DNA of 64,000 bases from Eledone cirrhosa (lineage: Eukaryota): positions 60,884,001 to 60,948,000 of the forward strand of contig OZ024740.1 in the NCBI GenBank assembly GCA_964016885.1. Direction: 5' to 3'. How positions within the stretch are numbered: the stretch's first letter is position 1; each line of letters opens with the position of its first letter. A program made the position numbers and the translations under genes. The notes beneath the pieces were generated by a model. The model saw only the letters and a program-made list of their open reading frames with translations, did no database searches and was not told where the DNA came from. Positions 24,475-37,764 of the stretch are shown here, one piece after another.

Positions 24475-25359
24475 GTAAATTCTTAATGATGGAATACCTT
24501 TGGAAGATATATTCAACATCATCATCGTTTTTCCCCCAGAATAACTATACAATCATCATCATCAGTTTGCCTCTATTTTCCATGCTTGAGGCTAGACAGG
24601 CAAGTCAGACGACAGTCTTGTTCATAAAATTCATTATGGCATGGGTTCTATAACTAGAAGCTCTTCCTAACACCAATCACTTCAAGGCATGTACAAGGTT
24701 TGTTTCCTCATGGTACTACTACCTGACAGGATGGACTGGGTGCTTCTTTCGTGGCACTAACATTATCACTTTACAGAGGGGTTTGGGTGCACTTTTTAAT
24801 ATAACACCAATACAATATTTAGAATAACTAAGCAGTGAATTAGCAGTCATTAGAGAGCCAAATGAAATGCTTTGGTATGTGTTCCAGCTTTCTGCACTCT
24901 TGAGTTCAAACCCTGCTGAGATCAACTTTCTTTATCAACCAGCAAAAGGATGAAAAGCCAAGTTCTAATCTAGTGGCAGTGGATTGGCAAAATTGTTAAA
25001 GATTTGGACAGGATTCTTTACAGAAATTGTTCCGGCTTTACATTCTATCAACAGAAAACCAGTGATACTTCTTCCATGATATATGGCTAACAGATAAGCA
25101 TCAGCAATGGAAACAATTTCCTTGATCTCACCTGCCAATAGGTTCTTTCCTTTCCTTTTCATGAAAGACTTTACCACAAATTACCATTTTCAAAATCTTT
25201 TCATCAATTTTGTTTTGATTATCCAGCCATAATCTCGTTTATTCGAAGTATATCAATTTAACAACTAAACATAAAGACAACCATATTCAATATACAAAAT
25301 CCCACAATATCACAAAACACTATTGACATTATAATAAAGATTATTCAGTTATCAAATCT

Positions 25360-25970
25360 AGCATGGGTTAGACGGGAGTTGTCCCACTTGAGGCAAGGTT
25401 GGTCGGGTGACCGTGTCTCACTCATATAGGACTATCTGGCAGCTTTTCTATGGCTGGATGCCCTTCCTAACACCAACCACATTTACAGTGTGGAACTGGG
25501 AACTTTTTACCGTGTTATCCACACGGCCACATTACAGCGTGGACTGTGTTTTGTTGTGACACACGACCTCGATCTCATTATCTCATTTATTTGGACTGAA
25601 TGTTGTGGTACCAACTTTGCAGAGAGAGGGTGGTGTTAGTGGGAGGATGAGGTAGTGGATTGGGGTGTATATTTTGTTTACTGACTGTAGGTTTCGCTTT
25701 GTACATAGGCAAGGCGAGTCTTCTTTATTACTGCGTAGCGCCAAAGATCTCGGTCCAGTGACATTGTCTTAGAGAGGTGTAAGTGTGTAAGGTCGGAATT
25801 TATCAGATCATCCCAGGTTTATCTGGGTCTACCTACTCCGTAACTACCGTCAATTTTGATCGCCCTGCACTTTTTTATACAGCTGTCGTCTTTCTTGCGC
25901 ATCACATGGCCATACCAACATAGTCTTCTCTTAAGTAAACAGCATCTGATCCCTCTTATTCCTAATTTCT
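25360..25970 (-). mobile_element. RTE 3' fragment (ORF end and 3' UTR), same family as 7438
   Basis: Colinear with 7480-8100. Confidence 0.85.
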
Positions 25971-26224
25971 CAATTAATGTTGCATTTTAATCATGCAGTT
26001 TTGTCTGTAAGCAAATGCATGTTAATTTTAGGCTAAAGATGCAATACATTAATTATTACAATTTTTTTACTTCATTTAAATCCATAAAAACAATTTTGCC
26101 TTGAAATTCAATCTTATTTTAGTAAATTTGATTTAGATTTCATTTAGACTTGTTTGGGTGTAATCTTAGTAAAACAATCATCTCTTTAGAGAAAATCATA
26201 TCTTTAGAGAAAATCATACTTGTC

Positions 26225-26485
26225 TCAAGCCTGGAGACTCATCAGGCTGGTGTTTATCCCGGTGTACTTGGTGTAAAGTGACTAAGAGTACAAGACTGCT
26301 CCCCCCCCCCTAGATATGATGCCACTCCATCGCAGGGTTAAGTTCCCAGCTACCGCTGGTATGTATTTTCAACTGGGGATACTGGTGTAATGTGAAATAT
26401 AGTGTCTTGCTCAAGAACACAACACAACCCTGTCCAGGAATTACTATTATGATCAGAAGTCCAACACCTTAACTGCTAAGCCACG
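26225..26485 (-). mobile_element. tRNA-derived SINE, second family (partial sister copy at 27430-27590)
   Basis: The reverse strand starts CGTGGCTTAGCAGTTAAGG and contains GTGTTCTTGAGCAAGACAC. The block GTGACTAAGAGTACA...GATGCCA.TCCATC.CAGGG is shared with the 27430 copy. Confidence 0.6.
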
Positions 26486-26973
26486 AGAAACAGAATATTT
26501 ATTCTTCATACAGAAATATCGTGAATTGTTCAGCCCCAGGTCAATCCTGATGAAGCAGCTCTGTCATTAAGGGCAATTTAGCTTTGATCTTCCATCGTTT
26601 AGGGTTAGTGGTGCTACATTATCTAATTTATACTTTAAGATAGTAGGGTGTTATTTCAGGAAGATTTAGCTATTTCTCACATAATAGTAAGTTCCCAAAT
26701 ATCGAACCAACATGGTAACCTCTAAGTACTCACCTTTACAACCTATGGCACTTTTTCATGCAGCACGCAACACTGATTTGCATTACATATCCATACAAAC
26801 AGCCACTTCTCTTTCGTACATCAGACAATATTTTTGATGCTTTCTGAACTCATTTGGCCAGATCTTTCTGATAAGTTAATATATACACTTAGTTTAATTT
26901 TTATGTTTCACTAATATATACAAAATAATGAAAATTGCAAATAAGTTGTTTTTTTTATGAACTTCTTTTACAG

Positions 26974-27084
26974 AAGCTAAAAAGAAGGTTCAACTAATGA
27001 TGGAGTGCATTAAATACCATCTTGATGATGAAGATTGCATTCGGAAAGGTCTTTCTAAACTTGCTTCATTAAGTACTTCTAACA
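26974..27084 (+). CDS. TERB1: TERB1-like exon: (E)AKKKVQLMMECIKYHLDDEDCIRKGLSKLASLSTSN
   Basis: TTTTACAG acceptor, GTAAGT donor, 111 nt, phase 1-1. It resembles vertebrate TERB1 EMKTDLNLLLECLKYQMD (recalled sequence). Confidence 0.85.
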
Positions 27085-28650
27085 GTAAGTATTATGGTTT
27101 TAAAAGATATGTTAATAGCAAGTAAATTTCATTGCAATTATTAAATAACCTCAGGCAGCTTAATATTTGAAATAGGAATACCCAGAACCACAAATATTTA
27201 ACTCTTTCAATGCCAACTCACCAGAAACCGCTCATGGATTTATGATACAAAAACTATCCATTTTAAAATGCTCATACCTATATTAGAACCTTCCATCATA
27301 ATTTTAAGAGATTTTTGTAATTTTAAGTAATGTTCCAAACATAAATTAACTAATGAAAAAGATGCCATCCCTTTTAATTGCCTCTAATAACACATAGAGA
27401 TATGGCCTAAGTCTAAAGTATGTCTTAAGCCAGAAGGCTTATTAAGGCCAGTGCTCATCCCAGTTACATGAGGTGAAGTGACTAAGAGTACACGACTCCT
27501 CCCTGGACAGGATGCCAGTCCATCACAGGGTTAAACCCTCAGCTATTGCTGGTACTCATTTTCAGCAGAGTATACTTGAGCAATGTGAAATTGTGAGGCA
27601 ATTAAATGAAAATAGTGAATGGAAATAGTAAACCATGGCAAATAATAAATCTGATACTTTGTAATTTGTGCCAATGAACAGCTAGCACTGGTCATGTAGT
27701 AGGTGAATAAATAAGAAACATGGCATGTATTATTTATGCTCTTCACATAGATATCAGCAACAGAAGTAAAATAGCTTCAACCAGTGATAGAATCTGATGT
27801 GTTAACTCAATTCGTTAACTTTATTCTTAATTTTATTATAATAAAATTGCATGAATTCATCCAATTTAAATTAAATTGCAATTATGTTGTTTAGCCTTGA
27901 TCCAATAACTGTATACAGAAAGTGTTCCAGCTGTGACTATCTTTTTTTAGGTATGGTAGATCCTGTCACTTTCAAACATGGTCATTCAATTGTTTAATCA
28001 CCTGAAATTAATATGTAAATGATTCATTATTGCATAGACATGTGTATATTTAAAGTAATTCTCCTTTGAATTACAGGTTTCTGTCTAGCCAATTTTAATC
28101 AGAGGTTTGAGTGATAAATGACACTTGGCCAAGATTTCATGTGATAGGAGCTTCTTAACTAATTAGTAATTCCTGTGTCCCCAATTCAGACATAGTGTAT
28201 CTACAACTACATAATTCAATGGACCTTTCGTTTTTTATGACGGTAGGGTGGGATTTGATGAGGATTTGGTTTCTATTTTTATAGCTAGTTGAGCAACCAC
28301 GAAGATGTTGATTAATTTGTAATGTTGATGTTGGATTTTTTAATAAGTTTCTTACATGATACAGGATTATTTTGCAGTCTCAATGTTATGTTTTGAGATC
28401 AAATAAAGATATATTTAAAGATGAAAATTCTGACTTTTATGGTTAAACTTAGCTGATTATTAATACTAATACTATGAAAATTATTTGATTTATTGAATTT
28501 CACTTAATTGCAGCTATGAAGCTTTTGTTTTTTTCACACTTTTTTTTGTTAGAGGATATATAGAATAATATTTCACCATGTATATATACAAGTTGAGCAT
28601 ATTTCTTTGTCAAATACTGCTCTGCCCATGTGTTTAAAGATTCTCTAAAT

Positions 28651-28851
28651 CAGTGGCTCTCAAACTGTAAGTCACAGAAACCTACAATTTTCAAAAGAAA
28701 TTAATGTAACCCATATCTGTTGTATTTACCACACTAATTTTCATGTCAAACATTAAACAATTTTTTGTGAGAAATAATTTATTCATATATATATATAAAA
28801 AAAAATTAATAAATTTTATGAAGACACCTTGTCTCATTTTAGGAAACACTG
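28651..28851. mobile_element. hAT Charlie-type MITE with 8-bp TSD
   Basis: CTCTAAAT|CAGTGGCTCTCAAAC ... TTAGGAAACACTG|GTCTAAAT. Confidence 0.8.
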
Positions 28852-29181
28852 GTCTAAATATTTAAAATAACATTTTTTTTCCAGTTATCTACTAATATCA
28901 AATTGCTATTAATAAAGCAATGCTTCAAATTTCTAGGAACTTTCTAAATTTAAGTGATGCAAGAATCAAATCCAATTTTAAGTGTTACATTCTGTGTGAC
29001 GACTGGGGTCATTACCTCATTGAATTTAATATGAAAGAATCTATAAACAAATATATTTAATGCTGAAGAAGTCTTGAAAGTTGGGTAAATAACAAACTTT
29101 GTTGTTAAATTATGTTGCTGATTATATACAGAAATAATTTATATTGAGTTTTATTTCATTTATTTCTTTTTGTTCCAAAAG

Positions 29182-29310
29182 CTTTTATACAGAATTATCT
29201 GAAACAAAATGGCTGTTTAAAGTTTTTACTGAATTTATTCACTTCATGCAACAGTTTTCAAATAAAAGCGGCTATAATATTCTGCTTGGCTTCTGCAATA
29301 GATCAGAACG
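29182..29310 (+). CDS. TERB1: TERB1-like exon: TFIQNYLKQNGCLKFLLNLFTSCNSFQIKAAIIFCLASAIDQN
   Basis: AAG acceptor after a pyrimidine tract, GTAAGT donor, 129 nt, phase 1-1. The ARM-repeat pattern matches YFREIGGLMFVKNL..VKEAALYTLGAIAEKN. Confidence 0.82.
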
Positions 29311-29449
29311 GTAAGTTATATTTCATTAGTATTATATTTTTTGACTGAGGTTTGTTCATTGATAGACAAAAGACTTTATGAAGTATATACAATGTTTTAG
29401 TTCTTATAATATCATGTAGTATTAATATGGCTTAAAAATGGCTAACTTC

Positions 29450-30035
29450 CAGATAAGATTTATCAATGTGGAAGATTCTCTTTACTATTATCACCAATAA
29501 TGGCTAACATTTATGTGGAGTGGAGTACTTCAGACACAGCTCCAGACAGTACATTGAAACTCCAAGCCTGGTTAAGCTTCTTAAATGACACCTTCATATG
29601 CTGTGCATAGTGTAATGAACTCACTATGTACATCAATCCTGTTTCCCTGGAAAATGAAAACAACTACTATTATTCTTTGTTGTACCGGTGCAATGTATAA
29701 AAAGCAGGTTGTAAAAACAGTGTATCAGAAAGCAACAGCCTCTGGATTCTGCTTTAAATGGGAGTCTCACTATATAGAAAAGAATTGTCAGATGTCTACA
29801 AGATTGGACAAAAAAGATCTGCACCAATGTATTAGTTTATACAGAAGAAATAATCACCTGAAAAATACATTTTTGAATAATATGTACACATCAAAACTTT
29901 TCAGTATTAACGCCATGCTTAAAAGATACTTCAGCAAAAAGAAACCTATCCCAAAGTGGCTAGAATATCAAAACTGCACATTATCTAGTACATTTGTAGA
30001 AGATTTTATAAAAAAGAAACCACGAGACTTTTAAA
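29450..30035 (+). mobile_element. Highly degenerate Penelope/Poseidon-like RT fragment
   Basis: LSPIMANIYVE (~29490), W..LNDTF and TVYQKAT.SG...WESH resemble Penelope RT core and thumb motifs. Confidence 0.6.
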
Positions 30036-30442
30036 ATTCAGAATAAATGGGAAAGTTTTAATGAGAGAAGAAACAACTAAGCCAACATACTCTCAGGCCT
30101 TGAATATTCGCCCCCCCCCCCCCCTGCTTATTATATTTTGCTAATTTATCTGGCGAAATGTTCTTGTGATTCATATTGATAGAGCAACTGCTGGAGAATC
30201 TAATGCTATTTTACATTGAAAAACGAGAAAAAACGAACATTACAAAAAAAAAACCATATTTACGAACATTCACCCCCCCACCCCCCCCTCTCCACACTTA
30301 TAATGATTTAAGCAAATGTCCAACCCCCCCCCCCCCCCCCTTAATATTTGGGACCCAAGGATATATAGTGTGGTGGAGGGATGTCATATTCCACTATATG
30401 AAACTTTCTATAATATATAGAATTGTAATGTTCGTTTTTTAT

Positions 30443-32850
30443 CAAGGCCAAAAAGCAGGCTTGGAAAGCATGGCGGGATGGGGGAAGTAGAGAAGACTAT
30501 TAAGTGGCCAGGAGGGAAGCTAGGAGACAAGTGTACTTCGCAAGAAGGGAAGCAGAGGAAAGAAAGTTCAAGCATGTTCTACAACGCGAGGACCAAAAAC
30601 GTGAGGTGTTCAGGATTGCTAGGCAATGTGTCAAGGAAAACAGTGATATTGTCGGGGAGAAGCGTGTCCTAAATGATGATGGTGTACTTGCCATCACTGA
30701 CGCTGATAAGAAGGTAGTTTGGAAGTGTCACTACGAAAGGCTACTAAATGAGGAGAATAATTGGGAGAAAGACAGTCTACCCCACATCGACCCAATAGAG
30801 GGACCAGCAGTGTTAGTCGAAGGTAGTATAATAAGGCAGTCAAAGATATGAAGACAGGTAAGGCGGCTGGGCCTTCGGAAATAGTTGCTGAGATGCTGAA
30901 AGCCTCTGGAACGGTGGGACACACCGTGGTCACCCGCATAGTAAACTCCAAGTCGTACAGAATGGGGTTGTTCCGAAGGACTGGCGTAGCAGCATCAACA
31001 TTAACTGCTACAAGGGTAAAGGAGACGCCCTAGATAGGAGTAACTATAGAGGCATTAAATTAATTGACCAGGTCATGAAGGTCACGGAAAAAGTAATAGC
31101 ACAACTAATCAGAGAGAATCGATCTAGATGAAATGCAGTTCGGGTTTGTGTCAGGCAAAAGTACCACAGACGCTCTTTTCATTGTACGACAACTACAGGA
31201 GAAGTACCTAGCTAAAAGTAAACCCCTATACTTAGCTTTTGTTGACTTGGAGAAAGCCTTTGACAGAGTACCCCCGCTCGGTTATCTGGTGGGCCCTTAG
31301 AAAACTAGGTGTTGATGAATGGCTTGTGAGAGCTATACAAGCCATGTATAAAGAAACAGTCAGCAAGATTAGAATTAACAACGAATATAGTGAAGAGTTT
31401 AGCGTAAAAGTTGGTGTTCATCAGGGCTCCGTTCTTAGCCCCCTACTATTTATTATTGCCCTTCAGGCTATAAGAGAGGAGTTCAAGATCGGCTGCCCAT
31501 GGGAACTCCTATACGCAGATGATCTAACGCTCATAGCTGAATCAATGGCTGAACTAGAGAAGAAATTCCAAACATGGAAGCATGGCCTAGAATCAAAAGG
31601 CCTTAAAGTTAACTTGTCTAAGACTAAAGTTCTAGTTTGTAGGAAGGAAAATAGGGCACCGGTCCCATCTGGGAAATGGCCATGCTCAGTGTGTAGGAAA
31701 GGAGTAGGTAGAAACTCCATTTTATGTCCCAAATGCAAAGTATGGGTACATAAAAGATGTGGGATCACAGGTAAGCTAACTAAGAATATAGATTTTATAT
31801 GTGGCCAGTGCTCTGGTGTAATAATAGTAGCAAGTGCCCACAGAATACTAACTCATTCCATTGCACAGATGGTTCTATAGAAATAGTGGACAGCTTCCGT
31901 TACCTGGGTGATAAAATCAGCAGTGGGGGAGGGTGCTCTGAAAGTACAGTAGCTAGAGTCAGAACGGGATGGAAAAAGTTCAGAGAGCTTATACCACTAT
32001 TGGCCGCTAAAGGGTTCTCTCTAAAAATGAAAGGCAGGCTGTATGATGCCTGCATACGAACAGCAATGTTACATGGCAGTGAGACCTGGGCATTGTGTGC
32101 AGAGGATATACGCAGACTGGAGAGAAACGAAGCTTGCATGCTCCGCTCGATGTGTAATAGTAATATACGTGAACGGCAAAGCATAAACGAACTAAGGGAG
32201 AAATTAGAAATAAGAGGGATCAGATGTTGTTTACTCGAGAGAAGACTACGTTGGTATGGTCACGTGATGCACATGAAAGACGACAGCTGTATAAAAAAGA
32301 TGCAGGGCAATAAAAATAGACGGTAGCCACGGAGTAGGCAGACTCAGAAAAACCTGGGACGACTTGATAAATTCTGACCTCACACACTTACACCTCTCCA
32401 AGACAATGTCACTGGACCGAGATCTTTGGCGCTACACAGTAATAGAGAAGACCCGCCTTACCTAAGTGCAAAGTGAAACCTACTACAGTCAGTAGGCACC
32501 TCTAACAAAATACACCCTCGTCCCACAACCCCCACCCCCTCCAAACCACCCCTTTCAATGTAAAGTTATGTTGGTACCACAACATCCAGCCCGAAACAAA
32601 CGAGGTCGTGTAGGTGTCACGACAAAAAAACACAACAGTCCACGCTGTAATGTGGCCGTGTAGGTAACACGGTAAAAACCTCCCAGTTCCACACTGTAAA
32701 TGTGGTTGGTGTTAGGAAGGGCATCCAGCCGTAGAAAACCCGCCAGACAGTCCTATGCGAGCAAGACAACCACTCTTGCCTCAAGTGGGAAAACTCCCGT
32801 CCAAACCCATGCGAGCGTGGAATATGGACGTTAAACGAAGATGATGATGA
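30443..32850 (+). mobile_element. RTE LINE, 5'-truncated and frameshifted (PHD family)
   Basis: Near-identical peptides to the 7835 ORF in shifted frames, with a complete 3' UTR and a (GAT)n tail at ~32840. Confidence 0.95.
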
Positions 32851-33713
32851 TAGATCTCGGTGAAAACATTAGAAAATCAAAGAAAAACTATATAGTAATT
32901 AGCAAACTTAGTGCTTGTTGATAACCAGTAAGTCAAGCACTGTCAATGTGGCTATCATTTCTAAAAATACATTTAAATAACAAAACTGTAACCCTAATTA
33001 ACTGTAAGATGCAGTGTTTATCCCAATTTTTTAGAATAGGTGCACCATATCTCTGTGTTGTAAGAACTGGCTGAAAGGGTTGGTGTTAGGCTGGGTACTT
33101 GGCTGTAAAACATTCTCAAAACATCCTGTCCAACTCTTGTCAGCATTTTATTATACTTAGTTTAAAAATAAAGGTTACTGTTTTAAATCCATCTGGTACT
33201 ATGTACACATCAAGGAATATGACACCTGATTATAATTGTAACACTGCAGATGTACATCTAAAGAAAATTTCTCTCATAAAGAAGTTAATAGGCTAAAAAA
33301 ATTATAATCATATTAACATTCATCTCAAATATTAAAAAACAAACATTTTATTATCTTACTATTCTGCTCCCAGCAGGCCATTGTGAGTTACTGCAGCATT
33401 TTTTTGGAAGTACATATTTAAAAAAAAAAAAAAAAAAAAATTTGGTATCAAGGAAAAAAAACAAAACCTTAGATATCAGATTAATAGTAGTGGTGAAGAA
33501 GGTAGTTTCAATATTTTTTTTTTGTTAATATCCAAAATCAATATTTCTTTAGTAGAACATTTTTTTAAAAGAAACAGTTTTATTTAATATACTTTTGTTA
33601 TATATATTTCAATTCAGTAAACCAGGAAATGTTGATTGACATAAGTAAAAAAAATATCTTTCTCTATAAAATATTATTTCTATTGTTGTGACATGCCATT
33701 ATTAATCATGTTC

Positions 33714-34039
33714 CCTCCCTGTATGATCTGAGTTCAAATCCCGCCGAGGTTAACTTTGCCTTTCATCCTTACGGGGTCGATAAAATAAAGTACCAGTAAT
33801 GCACTGGGTAATTGCTGGCCTTGTGCCAAAAGTAGAAACAATTATTAATCATGTTCAGGCGGTGGATTGGCAGTATCGGTAGAGGGTCGGACACCATGCT
33901 TTGACGCATAGTTACGTCCCTTGCCATTCTGAGTTCTGATCCCGCCAAGGTTAACTTTGCCTTACGGGGTCGATAAAATAAAGTACCAGTAATGTACTGG
34001 GTAATTGCTGGCCTTGTGCCAAAAGTAGAAACCATTATT
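33714..34039 (+). mobile_element. Two head-to-tail SINEs (truncated, then full length)
   Basis: The SINE bodies are at ~33720-33845 and 33858-34039. ATTATTAATCATGTTC occurs at 33698, 33841 and 34034. Confidence 0.85.
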
Positions 34040-34121
34040 AATCATGTTCAGTTCAGTTCTTGTTTGCATAATTTCCTATTGACACCAATTTATTTATTTA
34101 TTTTATTTTTTTTTTTGTTTT

Positions 34122-34866
34122 TATGAGTGAGTGGCTTGTGAAGGCTGTTCAAGCCATGTATAGGGGAACGGTCAGCAAAGTTAGGGTTAACAATGACTAT
34201 AGTGCGGAATTTAGTGTACAGGCTAGTGTCCATCAAGGCTCTGTTTTTAGCCCTCTTGTTCATTATAGTATTGCAGGCTATAACAAAGGAGTTTAAGACC
34301 GGATGCCCATGGGAAGGAACTTCTGTATGCAGATGATCTTAAACTTATAGCTGAATCTATGGTGGAACTAGAGAAAAAATTCCAAACATGGAAACGGGGC
34401 CTAGAAAGAAGGTCTCTAAGTCAACCTGACAAAGACTAAGGTCCTTGTAAGTAGAAGAGAAAACGGAACCCAGATCCCCTCAGAAAAATGGCCTTGCTCA
34501 GTATGTAGGAAAGGTGTAAAGACCTGGGATGAGGTGATAAAAGCTGACCTTGCATAATTGCACCTCTCAAAGGCGATGACACAGGACTGAGACCTAGCAT
34601 TACACAGTAATACATGAGTACAAGCTGAAGCATGTACACGCGATGCCCCACCTCCTCTCACTGTAAAGTGGTTATGTAGGTGCCACGTCAAAAAGCACCC
34701 AGTACTCACTGTAAATGTGGTTGGCGTTAGGAAGGGCATCCAGCTATAGAAAACTGGCCAAAATCAATTCCATGTATGTGAATCAAGGTCCTCTGACCTG
34801 ATCTCTCATAAAGGGACTGACCATCCTACCCATGCTAGCATGGAAAATGGACGTTAAATGATGATT
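34122..34866 (+). mobile_element. RTE fragment with internal deletion (related subfamily)
   Basis: EWLVKAVQAMY...YADD...KWPCSVCRKGV is joined directly to KTWDEVIK and a 3' UTR ending GGACGTTAAATGATGA. Confidence 0.8.
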
Positions 34867-36304
34867 ACAATGTATGGGGGGTGGGGAGACTTTAATCAGA
34901 TATTTTTAAGGTTTAAAAATCTGGGAAGTGTTTATTATGTCTTTCTTCGTGTGGATTTTACCTGTTGTAAACTTCTAAAATAAATGACATTCGTGCATTT
35001 GACAGTGCTCTGTTTGTTTCAACTGGAATTTGAAACTTTTTTTTTATTAAAATGTCAACTGATTCTAGTGCCTGGTGATGTTTTGAAATCCTGGATATAG
35101 GCAAACCCAAGCACTTACAGAAGCTTGGGTTTCTAGTTTTAATAGTAATATGGTGCTTACACGATTTTCTTTTCTTTTTTTTTCTTTTGTTTTACAATTG
35201 TTTGGCACCTTGTACACTGTGTGGGTAAAGATATACTGAATATTCTGCATATTGTAACGAAAGAATATATCTATATGCTTGTTAGAAATTACTAAAAGGG
35301 TTGGTATCAAGGGCATCTGGCTGTAGAAAGATTCTCAAAAACATCTCATTCAATCCATGCCAGCATGGAAAAGTGGATGTAAAAATGCTGATGATTATGA
35401 TAATGAAAGGAACTATTTAATAGACATTTCACTTTACTTTTAACAAACTTTGTCAGAGAAATATATTAGATTAAAGTCTTTCAAAACTAGAATATTAGAC
35501 CATTCTAAATAGACATAAATTTAACTCATTAAGTTCATCTCTTTACATTCTCTGACATTACATAGAATAGGCCATTCCATTCTAGTTTCAATACATTGGA
35601 ATGAATGCAGAATCCATCCATCTATTCCTTAACATCAAATTAATGAACAAGTTAAATTTATTGAGAATTGCTAAAACTAAATTAGGAATCATCTACTCCA
35701 AGGTTATAAATAAATGTAGACAATTACTTGAGATTTCAGCAATAGAAATTTTAACCCATGTAAGCATTGAAAAATGAATGATGCATGATAAATGATAATA
35801 GGAATGCGGGAGAAATTTCAAAATGGAAAAGAGTTTTGATTGCTTTAAACCAAACATTTTTACATTTCAGTCTGAAATATTTGGACAGTTCGCCATTATG
35901 GCCACCTGTAGAAAAATATATAACTGTAAAACAATTATAGCCTGTATAAGTTAAATGAAATAGATGAAATAAAATGATAATGAAAAATGAAGACTTGGTA
36001 ATCTTCTTGGTAATTAGGCTGCAAAGACAATTATTGATTGGTAACTGGTCAACAAATTCATCTTTGTTTGATTTTTTTTACACCTCACATGCTGAAGTTG
36101 TACTACTTCACACTGAAGAAAATACTGATTACCTAAATGCCAATTTTATATTGAAATCAAGAGAAGTAACAATAATCACTGCAACACCATTTACAGATAT
36201 AAATTGCACCAGCAAACATCGCCCTCTCTGACAAAGGGGTCTGTCTGAAATATTAAGCCTTTCTCTTCCTCACGGCAAACTGAGTTATCACTTTTGAACC
36301 ATTT

Positions 36305-36464
36305 TTAAACCATTAGCATTTAAATCTACCATAACTAGCTACTCATACTTATGATGTTAAGGTATTGTTCTCAATAAATAATCTCAGATTTGATATGAGG
36401 TAAAGCCTTTACTGTGAAAATTAAATAGTATATATACAGAGTAATGTAAATGCTAAAGGGTTAA
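36305..36464. mobile_element. TTAA-flanked (piggyBac-like) MITE, internally deleted; partial sister copies at ~23690-23876 and ~40085-40469
   Basis: The ends are CCATTAGCATTTA and TAAATGCTAAAGGG|TTAA. Confidence 0.7.
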
Positions 36465-37764
36465 GTATGATCTCCCTAAAATAAAACTGACATTTTTGAG
36501 TTAGATAAGAACCTAATACAACTTCACTTCAAAAAATCTTTTTTTTTTTAATTGTAGACCTTGAAGAAACCTTTTCTTGGCTCTCAAATTTAAGTCATTT
36601 AAAACTAACGTCTATTTCTGCAATGTGTTTTCTCCCAGATATGCATATGTGAAGTACTTCTGGTTGAAAAGCTTTTCTACAGGAAGCCTATTACTAACTA
36701 GTAATTGTTCATCATCACATGTCAATGTTTCCATGTTAGCTGGATGTATAAGACCAACCTTACAAGCACAAAATTACAGTAGATCCACCAACTACTAACT
36801 GGACTGTGCACAAAGACCAGCATAGCAGTTAGTGACAATTTCCAAATATGAACACTTCTTTTATGGACCTTGGACTTTCTCTCTCTTGAAGCACAAATCT
36901 TTCAATTTCTACCTTTCACTTATACTGTTACCCATATTTACTTCACTATTTGAGCTTCTTCCTCTAAATTGAAAATTTTGGTTATGTAGACTCTCCATAA
37001 TCTTCATGTCAACAGCAATTAACATTACCCTTCTATTCCATGACCATTTCATTTGACGTTTTTATTTTTTTTGTTTTGTTTTTGTCCTCTGAGTTTCTCT
37101 AATGAATTTTTTTCAGAAAGCACTATGAAAATAGTTCATGAAAATAATTCAGTTTTAACAGCATCATCATGTTAAAAAAACATCTAAATGTTCAGATTAT
37201 TGGGAGCATGAGTATATGGGAGTGGGTGGCTAACAAGGTTAGGATTACTGGAATAAACATATTGTTAGTAAAGAAATGGATAGGGTAAGTAATTAAGGTT
37301 GTGAGAGTATCATCATTATCATCTTCGTTTAACGTCCATCTTCCACGCTAGCATGGGTTAGATGGGAGTTGTCCCACTTGAGGACTATCTGGCAGATTTT
37401 CTATGGCTGGATGCTCTTCCTAACACCAACCACATTTACAGTGTGGACTGGGAACTTTTCACTATGTTGCCTCCATGGCCACATTACAGCGTGGATTGTG
37501 TGTTTTTTTTGTCGTGACACCTACACGATGTGGTAGAATAATTAAGCTTAGACTAGTCATAGGTAATGTGATAGCAAGTTTCACTGTTTATGCACTGCTA
37601 TCAGGACTTAACAAAGGTACTCTTGTTGATCACTTTGAGAGCAATGACATCATTATTGCAGTTAGGGATTTAAAACTTTTTGATACAAAATCTCCTGGAA
37701 CTGCCTCTGGTTCTATGATACAATACTGTTTATTTTACAATATTTATATATTTCTACATTAGAG

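Noticed and set aside
30090-30362. Possible MITE with poly-C subterminal tracts
   Set aside because: The termini are only loosely inverted and there is no clear TSD or second copy in the window.
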